62,920 bases of DNA. Source: an uncultured Clostridium sp. GTDB lineage: Bacteria > Bacillota > Clostridia > TANB77 > CAG-508. The stretch spans positions 1 through 62,920 of the forward strand of contig CAKNJL010000005.1 of the NCBI GenBank assembly GCA_930982035.1, read 5' to 3'. A program made the position numbers and the translations under genes. The notes under the pieces were generated by a model that saw nothing but the letters and a program-made list of their open reading frames with translations, did not search any database and was not told the DNA's origin. Of this stretch, positions 1-9,085 are shown piece after piece; position 1 is the stretch's first letter; each line of letters begins with the position of its first letter.

Positions 1-30
1 AAGCATTTTTAATGCTTACGAAATTTTTGC

Positions 31-84
31 TTATGAAAAAGTGTTTAAGATCCGTCTTTTTTTAGCTGATTTAATATTTGGCAT
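31..84 (-). pseudogene. rpsT: 5' fragment of 30S ribosomal protein S20, interrupted after codon 10
   Basis: Minus strand from ATG at 84 reads MPNIKSAKKR (S20 N-terminus), then CGG ATC TTA AAC ACT TTT TCA TAA. Strong SD (AGAGGAGGTG) lies upstream. The rest of the gene may be outside the window. Confidence 0.8.
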
Positions 85-129
85 CTATAAGCACCTCCTC
101 TTAGTCATTTATTCATTTTAACATATGGT

Positions 130-158
130 ATTCTACCACATTTTTTTGTGAAATGCAA
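130..158 (-). promoter_or_regulatory. sigma-A promoter of rpsT
   Basis: TTGCAT-17 nt-TAGAAT with extended -10 TG on the minus strand. Confidence 0.75.
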
Positions 159-415
159 GTAAATTTTCCAATTTATTATTGTAATATCAAAAAAGTTATG
201 GTATATTTGATTATAGGAAATACAAATTCGTATAATTAAAATGATTGTACACAAATTTTACTCTAAGTAAAATTTGGCACACGAACAAAGACGCGACATG
301 ATAACTAGCTAAAATGATGGAGTACTGAATTTATGTCGCTTTTGTTCTGGTATGGAGACATATATTTAGAAATAATTACGCATTATAATGCAATTATTAT
401 AGAGGAGTGATAATA

Positions 416-862
416 ATGATAGCAATTGGTTGTGACCATGGTGGTTATAAATTAAAAGAAGAGATAAAAAAATATCTAGATGAAAAAGAAATTAAATATA
501 TAGATTGTGGTTGTATGAATGAAGAAAGAGTAGATTACCCTAATATAGCAAAGGAAGTAGCACTTTCAATTCAAAAAGGAAAAGCAGAAAAAGGAATATT
601 AATATGTCGTTCAGGCTTAGGAATGAGCATAGTTGCAAATAAATTTAAAGGAATAAGATGTACACCTTGTTATGATGAAACTTCAGCTAAATTTTCTAGA
701 ATGCACAATGACAGTAATGTCTTAGCACTTGGAGCAGACTATGTAAGTGTAAATGAAGCAATTTGCATACTTAGAATGTGGATTGCAACTGAATTTGAAG
801 GTGGAAGACATGCTGAAAGAATAAAAATAATAGAAGAAATAGAAAACGAAAATATGAAATAG
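416..862 (+). CDS. rpiB: ribose-5-phosphate isomerase B
   Basis: IAIGCDHGG, ICRSGLG, HNDSNVL and FEGGRH motifs; SD AGAGGAG at 401-407 favours ATG 416. Confidence 0.95.
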   Translation: MIAIGCDHGGYKLKEEIKKYLDEKEIKYIDCGCMNEERVDYPNIAKEVALSIQKGKAEKGILICRSGLGMSIVANKFKGIRCTPCYDETSAKFSRMHNDSNVLALGADYVSVNEAICILRMWIATEFEGGRHAERIKIIEEIENENMK

Positions 863-879
863 ATTATGGAGGAATTAGT

Positions 880-2116
880 ATGTGGGGAGATATTGCAATT
901 GCATTTTTACTTGCATTTATCGTAACATTTATGGCAACACCATATACCATAAAAATAGCACATAAAGTAGGAGCTGTTGATATTCCAAAAGACCAGAGAA
1001 GAATGCACAAAAAAGCAATGCCAAAATTTGGTGGTCCAGCAGTAATATTAGGTTTTTTAGTTTCAGTTATATATTTATTGATAGTAATGAGTATAGAAAA
1101 TTCCATTAATTTATTTCGGAATAGAACAATATGGAAAAAAATTATTGGGAATGTTTCTAGGAATATTAATAATTTCAATTACATGTGTAATTGATGATAT
1201 AAAAACTATAAAACCAATAACAAAACTTATAGGACAAACCCTATCAGCTATTGTGGTAGTTGCATTTGGTGTAAGGATAGAAGATGTAACATTACCATTT
1301 TTAAATACAATTCAAATGCAGGAATTGTTTTCAATTATAATAACAGTTATTTGGATTGTAGGAGTAACAAATGCAATTAACTTAATAGATGGATTGGATG
1401 GGTTATCTTCTGGAATATCAGTTATATCAGCAATCTCATTATTAATTATATTTGTACTTAATGATTCACCAATGATAGCAATATTATTGATAACAGCACT
1501 TGCTGGAGCTTTAGTTGGATTTTTACCATTCAATTTTTCACCAGCTAAAACTTTTATAGGAGATACAGGTTCAAACTTTTTAGGATTTTCACTATCAATT
1601 ATTTCTATATTAGGTGTTGCAAAAACATATACAGCAGTAGTAATTGTTTTACCACTTATTGTTTTAGGATTGCCTTTATTTGATACATTTTGGGCAATTA
1701 TTAGAAGACTGATAAAAGGAAAATCAATAAAAGCAATATTTAAAGCAGATAAAGGCCATCTACATCATAGAATAGTAGCTAAAGGGTTTAGTCAAAAGCA
1801 GGCAGTGTTAATATTATATGGAATAAGTGCTACATTTGGGATATTTGCTGTAATTATGTTAGAGAGTGGAATATGGAAAGCTTTATCATTCTTACTTATG
1901 GTTATAGTAGCGATAGCTTTAGGATATAGAAACTTTAAAACAGAAAAGTTAGATAATCAAAGATATGAATGTATAGAATGTAAATATATATATAATCCTA
2001 AATTTGGTAATGAAAAAGCAGGAATAGAACCAGGAACACCTTTTGAAGATTTGCCAGACGATTGGGTTTGCCCAGTTTGTGGGGAAGGAAAAGATATGTT
2101 TGAGATACATCAATAA
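880..2116 (+). CDS. MraY/WecA/TagO-family undecaprenyl-phosphate GlcNAc-1-P transferase with C-terminal rubredoxin domain; split by a +1 frameshift near 1117
   Basis: ORF 880-1194 has the N-terminal GT4 motifs ([18 protein letters not shown]). ORF 1145-2116 has [23 protein letters not shown] and a CIEC...WVCPVCG rubredoxin tail. Joining at 1116/1118 gives 411 aa. Confidence 0.85.
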
Positions 2117-2522
2117 GATTTTAGTCGGTTTTTTGAAGTTTCATAGTGCTAAAAAACGGCATATAAGTATTTTATTATAGAAAAAAATACTCATATGTCA
2201 TTTTTGTTTTTTATACAATAGGAAAGTTATACTTTCCTATTGTATAAAAGTCGCTTTGTTCCAATGGTTGTACACCATTTTGACTTCAATAAAATTGGAA
2301 CAAAACAAATTTATGGAAAGCCAAAGAGAAAGGATAAAGGTAGTACAAATATTAAGACCTTCTGATTTATTCTCCAGATACAATAGATTTATTTATAATA
2401 TATAATCGAATTTAAATTATGTAAAATGTAGGAAATGATATTTTTTGATAAAAGTGAATATTTTAAATAAAGAAAGAGAATAATCCAGGGTTTTGAAGAT
2501 ATAAAAAGAAAATAAGTGATAA

Positions 2523-2551
2523 TTGACTTCTAAAGCAAATAATGATATAAT
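2523..2551 (+). promoter_or_regulatory. sigma-A promoter
   Basis: TTGACT-17 nt-TATAAT with extended -10 TG. Confidence 0.8.
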
Positions 2552-2623
2552 TTCGATGAATAGGAAAATATAGTTTTAAATGAATTTTAATATTATGTAC
2601 ACTTTATATAGGGAGGAGGAAAA

Positions 2624-3875
2624 ATGAAAAATGCTAAAAAAATAGAATTGGGAATAGGATTTGTAACAGGTAGACCAAATGCTTGCAATATAATAAATAA
2701 ATAAATATTATAAATCAATTTTAGAACAAGCAAAAAGGTATAATGAGAATGTTAATATTACTATATTCATTTTATATGATATTGAATATCAACAATGTGT
2801 AAAAGAAGAATTTTATAAAATAAATCCAAATGTATATAAAGATTTACATATAAAATATATAACACCAGAAAATATTGAAGAAGATAAAAAAATATTAAGA
2901 GGAAGATATGGATTTACTACAAAACAAGCTGATTATATGTTAGGATATGGTCATGCAAAAGGGAGAAATACTCTGATGTACTATGCTTTAAAAAGAAAAA
3001 TTGACTATTTGATTTTCTGGGATGATGACGAGTATCCAGTAGCATGTGTAAAAAGAAATGATGGAGAAATAGATTGGATTCCACAAGATAATATAATTAA
3101 ACATTTAGAAAATATAAAAAATGCGGATGTATCAGTGGGATATCATTGTGGTTATATTTCTCCAATTCCATATATTGAGTTAGATGAAGAGATTGAAGAA
3201 ACCGTATTTAAAAGTTATATAGAAGCAATAAGTAATGAATTAGTCGAATGGGATAATATAAAAAGAATTATGAAGGAAGATAATGGTGTAACATATGCAA
3301 ATCCTAATATTGCTAGAGGAAAAGGAAAATATGAAATTGGATTAGAAAAAGGAAGTAAATGGGTAGCTGGTTCAACACTATGTGTTAATCTAAAAAGAAT
3401 TGAAAATATACCAGCATTTTATAATCCGCCAGGAGCAAGAGGGGAAGACACATTTTTTTCGATGATGTTGGATAATTGCAAGGTAATAAAGACACCAGTC
3501 TATCATTTTCATGATGGTTTTTTAAAGTTTACAAGTATAATGTCAGGAAAATATCCTAAAAAATTGCGAAAGATTCAACCAAAAGATGAAAATGTAGCAT
3601 CAAGATTTTATAAAGCTTCTATTGGGTGGTTAAAATATAAGCCTTTATTGCTATACGTAAAAAATAAGAAAAATTATAATAATGAGATTGATAAAATTAG
3701 AGAAAACTTAAATGTAAGTATACCTGTTATGAATAAAATTTTTAAAGAACAGTCTTTTGAAGATTTACTAAAAGTCTTAAATGAATATGATGAAAATGTA
3801 CAACAACATTATAAAGAATTCCAAGAAACAAATAAAATATGGAATAAAATAAAACACAATATAGCAAAAATCTAA
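2624..3875 (+). pseudogene. glycosyltransferase-like gene (GT-A, DDD motif), frameshifted in a (TAAA)3 repeat at 2694-2705
   Basis: SD GGAGGAGG then ATG 2624; that frame stops at 2702-2704. The +1 frame is open from about 2703 through ORF 2937-3875 (IFWDDDEYP, RGEDTFF). Confidence 0.65.
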
Positions 3876-3977
3876 GTACACAAAGAAAACTTTAAAGCAA
3901 TTTTATGCAAAAACATAGAGTTTTTAGTAAGTAAAATAATCTGTATACTAGATTATGCAAAAGGGAGAAAATAAATT

Positions 3978-5030
3978 ATGAAAAAGATTTTTATAATGGT
4001 ATATCTAAGAAATAATTTAGGTGACGACTTATTTGTAAGTGAATTAATTAATAGATATCCAAATGTGAAGTTTTATATTGAAGTTATAGATTTAAAGTAT
4101 GCCAAAGCATTTGAAAAAAATAATAATGTAGAAATATCAGTAAATAGTCAAGAAAATTTTCAAAAGATAGATGTAAATAAATATGATGGATATGTATATA
4201 TAGGTGGCTCTATTTTCATGGAAGGTGGACAAGTATATAATTTAGATGAGACATGTTTAGAATTTACAAAGAAATGTAAAATGTTAAATAGACCATTTTA
4301 TTATATAAGTTCAAATTATGGACCTTACCAAACGCAAAGATATTTCGATTTATCTAAAAAAACATTTGAAAATTGTACGGATTTATGTTTTAGAGATAAA
4401 TATTCATATGAATTATTTAAAGATATAAATACAATAAGATATGCACCAGATGTGTTATTTTCATATGACATAGGAGAATGTAAAAAAGAAAAAGATACAA
4501 TAGGAATATCAGTAATAGATCTAGATATAAGGGAAAAATTAAGATACAAAGAATGTGAATATATTAAATTTTTAGTAAATAATATAAGATATTATTTAAA
4601 AAATAAAAAAGAAGTTTATCTATTTTCGTTTTGTAAAACTGAGGGAGACGAAAAAGAAATAAAAAAAATACTAGAAAAAATTGATGAGAGTGACAAAAAT
4701 AGTGTACATATTATTAATTATAATGGAAACATAAATGAATTTTTAGATGTTTATAAGAAAATGGAATATATGATTTGTCAAAGATTTCATTCTTTAGTAT
4801 TATCATATATATGTAGGCAGAGGTTTTATGTTATATCATATAGTAAAAAAATAGATAATATTATAGAAAAATTAAACCTTTGTAATGAATTTACAAGAAT
4901 AGAAGAAATTACTTCAAATAAAATAATTCGTGAGAATTTATTTTTCAATGTAGAAGAACATTGTCTAAAAAACATAAAGAAAAATGCAATGAAACAATTT
5001 GAAAAATTAGATGAATTTTTAAAAATATGA
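3978..5030 (+). CDS. polysaccharide pyruvyl transferase family protein
   Basis: NNLGDDLF, YIGGSIF, FRDKYS, APDV and RFHS motifs. Confidence 0.85.
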   Translation: MKKIFIMVYLRNNLGDDLFVSELINRYPNVKFYIEVIDLKYAKAFEKNNNVEISVNSQENFQKIDVNKYDGYVYIGGSIFMEGGQVYNLDETCLEFTKKCKMLNRPFYYISSNYGPYQTQRYFDLSKKTFENCTDLCFRDKYSYELFKDINTIRYAPDVLFSYDIGECKKEKDTIGISVIDLDIREKLRYKECEYIKFLVNNIRYYLKNKKEVYLFSFCKTEGDEKEIKKILEKIDESDKNSVHIINYNGNINEFLDVYKKMEYMICQRFHSLVLSYICRQRFYVISYSKKIDNIIEKLNLCNEFTRIEEITSNKIIRENLFFNVEEHCLKNIKKNAMKQFEKLDEFLKI

Positions 5031-5048
5031 AAAGATAGGAGAGAGATA

Positions 5049-5936
5049 ATGTCAGATAAAATAATCAAATTTTTAGCCCATAATGGCAAAATATCAGTAA
5101 TATGTGCAGATACAACTGAAATGGTAGAAAAAGCAAGACAAACACATGATATGAGTCCAGTTGTAACAGCAGGATTTGGAAGGCTATTAACAATTACAGC
5201 TATTATGGCAACAGAAATGAAAGGAATCAAAGATAAATTAACAGTTCAATTAAAAGGAAATGGACCAATAGGATTAATGATTGCAACAGCAAATAATAAA
5301 CCAATAGTTAAAGGATATGCTACAAATCCAGTAGTAGATATACCGCTAAACGAAGATGGAAAACTAGATGTTGGTAGAGCTGTAGGAAATGAAGGTTATA
5401 TTAATGTAGTAAAAGATTTGGGCTTAAAAGACCCATATATAGGAATATCTCCATTAGTATCTGGAGAAATTGCAGAAGATTTTGCAAATTATTTTGTGAA
5501 TTCAGAACAAAGAGATTCGGCAGTCGCATTAGGTGTGCTAGTAGATAAAAATGGAGTAAGAGCAAGTGGAGGATACTTAATTAATCCAATGCCAGATGCG
5601 ACAGAAGAGGAAATATCAAAAGTAGAACAATCAATTTTTAAAGCTGGAGCAATGTCAAAAATGTTAGATCAAAATTTGACATTAGAGGAAATTGCAAAAA
5701 AAATCACAGGAGATGAAAATGTTCAAGTAATAGAAGATGATATTGTACCAGAGTTTAAATGTGATTGCTCAAAAGAACATATGGAAGATGCTTTAATGAC
5801 AATAGGAAAAGAAGAATTGAAAGATATTATAGAAAAAGAAGGAAAAGCAGAATTAGTTTGTCATTTTTGTAATAAGAAATATCAATTTAATAAAGAAGAA
5901 TTAGAAAATATATTAAAAAGTATAAATAATAAGTAG
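5049..5936 (+). CDS. hslO: Hsp33 redox-regulated chaperone
   Basis: LVSGEIAEDFANYFVNSEQ; C-terminal CDC...CHFC zinc motif. Confidence 0.95.
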   Translation: MSDKIIKFLAHNGKISVICADTTEMVEKARQTHDMSPVVTAGFGRLLTITAIMATEMKGIKDKLTVQLKGNGPIGLMIATANNKPIVKGYATNPVVDIPLNEDGKLDVGRAVGNEGYINVVKDLGLKDPYIGISPLVSGEIAEDFANYFVNSEQRDSAVALGVLVDKNGVRASGGYLINPMPDATEEEISKVEQSIFKAGAMSKMLDQNLTLEEIAKKITGDENVQVIEDDIVPEFKCDCSKEHMEDALMTIGKEELKDIIEKEGKAELVCHFCNKKYQFNKEELENILKSINNK

Positions 5937-5945
5937 CAGAAAAAG

Positions 5946-6611
5946 ATGGACAAGGATAGTTTATTAGTAACACCAGAGTTGAATAATATTAACAAATATT
6001 TAAAAAGTGGGACTAGAACTGAAATCACAGATGTAATAAATAGAAAAGCAAAGATATTAAAAGACAGAACAGATGGGCTAACAGTAAAGAGAATATTACT
6101 TTGGATGAACAAATATACATCTAGGCTACATGATGGAAATGATAATAGAAAGTTTAAAAGAAGTGCAACTGAAATTTTGCAATCAATGGAAAGAACAGGT
6201 TGTTGTGATAGTTGCACTTTATTTACAGCACTTGCAAGAAGTGCTGGGATACCAACTATGCAAATTATAACTTTGAGTAAAAGATGGGGAGAAGATATCG
6301 ATAAAGGTAGAAGAACAGAAACATCGGGTCATTTCTTTGTAGGTGTATATTTGAAAGATATACATGGAAAATTTAATTGGGTACTTGTTGACTCAGATAG
6401 ATGTGTTACAGATATTAGAGATGTTAGATTTGGACATCTAAACATTGTAGATAGAAATATAGGAGATTTGTATACTTTTGCATACGTAACAGATTATTTT
6501 GATGATTTAGGGATAGACTCAATAGAAAAAATGGCAGAAGTGCAACTTGAGGCATACAAAAGATGTGATAAAAGAAACTTTACAGATGTGTATGAAATTG
6601 ATGGTAGATAA
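5946..6611 (+). CDS. transglutaminase-like domain protein
   Basis: GCCDSCTLFTALARSAGIP...GHFF...WVLVD, a Cys-His-Asp triad pattern. Confidence 0.75.
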   Translation: MDKDSLLVTPELNNINKYLKSGTRTEITDVINRKAKILKDRTDGLTVKRILLWMNKYTSRLHDGNDNRKFKRSATEILQSMERTGCCDSCTLFTALARSAGIPTMQIITLSKRWGEDIDKGRRTETSGHFFVGVYLKDIHGKFNWVLVDSDRCVTDIRDVRFGHLNIVDRNIGDLYTFAYVTDYFDDLGIDSIEKMAEVQLEAYKRCDKRNFTDVYEIDGR

Positions 6612-6812
6612 GCAACAATAAATTTAATAAATCAAGTAGAATTGAAGAAAAAAGAAGGACAGGAGAAGAGGATTTATTAGATGTAACAGATATTAACACA
6701 TAAAAAAGGGAAGATTGGGAAGAAGTACAAAATTTAGTAACAACATTGACAAAATTTATAATAATGACAGTTATAAAAACTTGTGGTAACAATGCGAAAA
6801 TTAGGAGGATGT

Positions 6813-7679
6813 ATGAAGAAAAATGTAGAAGAAATTATAAAAGAGTATGAAAATAATATAAATAATGCAATAAAATATAATTCATATATAAATGAAGTAA
6901 GAGAATATAACGGTTACATATTTAAAGAAATAAAAGATTTAAAAAAATTTAAAAATGAATTACAATGGTTAAAAAAGCTTATGGATTTAAATTATTGTAC
7001 TCCAAAAATTATAGGGACATATAATCAAAAAATAATAATTATGGAAAAAATAAAAGGAATTGCAATAAAAGATGAAGAAGCAAAAGAACATTTGTATAAT
7101 ATAGGAAAACTGATGGCAAATTTACACAATATTCCAATTAAGCAAAATGTTAATTGGAAAAAAGCCATGATGTCAGAATATTTAGAGTTAAAAGAATCAG
7201 CAAAAGGAATAATGGAAAATAATATTTTTGAAATATCAACAAGATTTTTAGAACAAGAATTAGAAAAGATGGAGGTTTTCAAATTAGCGGTTATACATAG
7301 AGATATTAGGCCAGAAAACGTAATATATTCAGATGGAAAATACTATTTACTTGATTTAGAAAGTATGTGCATTGGAGATAGAGATTATGATTTTACAAGG
7401 ATGTTAAATCTATTAAATCAAAAGGAAATTTATCAATATGAAGATTTTAAAAATTTAATAGATGGTTACAGATACATAAATGATATAGAAATATCTGAAG
7501 GAAAATGGCAATTATATAATAGATTTTATGCTTTTAGGATATATTCTAAAATGTTAACTGGAAAAATAAATAGAGATAGTGAATTTGAAGAATATCTAAA
7601 AAATATTTTAATTACGAAATATGATAGAGTGACTGAATGGATAAAAAAATATAACTTAGAAAGAAAAAATGATAATTGA
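6813..7679 (+). CDS. aminoglycoside phosphotransferase / choline-kinase-like protein
   Basis: MANLH, IHRDIRPENVI, LLDLE and GDRDYD motifs; SD AGGAGG before ATG 6813. Confidence 0.8.
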   Translation: MKKNVEEIIKEYENNINNAIKYNSYINEVREYNGYIFKEIKDLKKFKNELQWLKKLMDLNYCTPKIIGTYNQKIIIMEKIKGIAIKDEEAKEHLYNIGKLMANLHNIPIKQNVNWKKAMMSEYLELKESAKGIMENNIFEISTRFLEQELEKMEVFKLAVIHRDIRPENVIYSDGKYYLLDLESMCIGDRDYDFTRMLNLLNQKEIYQYEDFKNLIDGYRYINDIEISEGKWQLYNRFYAFRIYSKMLTGKINRDSEFEEYLKNILITKYDRVTEWIKKYNLERKNDN

Positions 7680-7900
7680 ATATGCAAATAGAATATTTGA
7701 TTTTGAAGTATTTATATGTAAGGTAAAAAAATATGTATTATATGTTAATGATATGAAGAATTAGATTATATTGACATTGAAGCATTAAAAATCGAGTTAC
7801 AATTGGTAAATATGATGAAAAATAGGCGGAGTAAGTAGTGGTTTTTATAGATTTAACTGTGATTAGTTAATGGTGATAATTATTTTTTAAAATCCTCTAA

Positions 7901-7929
7901 TTGACAAATTTCGCAAATGTAAATATAAT
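7901..7929 (+). promoter_or_regulatory. sigma-A promoter of ppaC
   Basis: TTGACA-17 nt-TATAAT, perfect consensus. Confidence 0.85.
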
Positions 7930-8027
7930 AAGTAAGAAATATAAAAAAGGTATAAAAAAGTTAGAGAATAATACAATCTAATTAATCTCTAACCAGATTA
8001 AAACCTTATGAAAGGAATGTGAAAAAA

Positions 8028-8954
8028 ATGGAAAAAGAAGTATTTATATTTGGACACAAAAACCCAGACACAGACTCAATCTGTTCAAGTCTAGTAAGAG
8101 AAAGATTAGACAAAAAGAATGGATGGGATTGCACAGTAGCAAAAAGATTAGGAAAAATTAATAAAGAAACAGAATATGTACTAAATTATCTAAAAATATC
8201 TGCACCAGAAATGCTAGATGAAATAGAAGAAGGACAAGAAGTATGTCTAGTAGACCACAATGAATTTAACCAAAGTGCAGAAGGAATCGAAAAAGCAAAA
8301 ATATTATCAGTAACAGATCACCACAGAATATCAAATTTTGAAACAGCAGAACCATTATATTACACAGCAAAACCATATGGTTGTACATGTACGATTTTAT
8401 TTGAAGAATATAAAGCATATGGACATGAAATTTCTAGAGAAGAGGCAATTTTGATGGCAAGTGCTATAATATCAGATACATTATTATTAAAATCACCAAC
8501 AACAACAGAACATGATAAAAAAGCTTTAGAAGAATTAGGAAAAATAGCAGAAATTAATATTAATGAATATGGATTAGAAATGTTAAAAGCAGGAACAGAT
8601 TTAGGAGATTTTTCAGAAGCAGAATTAGTAAATTTAGACGCTAAAAATCTAGACAAAGATGGTAAAAAATTTGTAATTGCTCAAGTAAATACAGTTAGTA
8701 TAGAAGATGTACTAAAAAGACAAAAAGATTTAGAAAGTGCAATTAATAGTGAAATAGAGAAAAAAGGTTTACAACTTTTTGTATTAGCTATAACAGATAT
8801 ATTAAATAGCAATTCAGAAATTATAGCTTTAGGAGATAGAACAGATGCAGTAGAAAAAGCATTTGATGTTAAATTAGAAGATAATAAAGCATTTTTAAAA
8901 GGAGTTGTTTCAAGAAAGAAACAATTATTACCTAATATAGATAAAAATATGTAA
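8028..8954 (+). CDS. ppaC: manganese-dependent inorganic pyrophosphatase
   Basis: GHKNPDTDS, LVDHNE, DHH, SDTLLLKSPT and GVVSRKKQ motifs. Confidence 0.95.
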   Translation: MEKEVFIFGHKNPDTDSICSSLVRERLDKKNGWDCTVAKRLGKINKETEYVLNYLKISAPEMLDEIEEGQEVCLVDHNEFNQSAEGIEKAKILSVTDHHRISNFETAEPLYYTAKPYGCTCTILFEEYKAYGHEISREEAILMASAIISDTLLLKSPTTTEHDKKALEELGKIAEININEYGLEMLKAGTDLGDFSEAELVNLDAKNLDKDGKKFVIAQVNTVSIEDVLKRQKDLESAINSEIEKKGLQLFVLAITDILNSNSEIIALGDRTDAVEKAFDVKLEDNKAFLKGVVSRKKQLLPNIDKNM

Positions 8955-8967
8955 TGTAAAGAAAAAC

Positions 8968-9070
8968 GATGATTTGGGGACGGAGAAAAAATCATCGTTC
9001 ATAAATTTATTTTATAAATATACAATGTGAGAACATAAAATGATGATTTTTTCTCCGTCCCCAAATCATC
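8968..9070. repeat. REPIN-like doublet, family A
   Basis: Perfect 29-bp inverted repeat GATGATTTGGGGACGGAGAAAAAATCATC (8968-8996 and 9042-9070) with a 45-nt AT-rich spacer. Confidence 0.9.
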
Positions 9071-9085
9071 AAAGAGGAGATATAC

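Noticed and set aside
6612..6782. Possible gene remnants here and at 7680-7830
   Set aside because: The sequence looks coding-like but has stops and no recognisable family.
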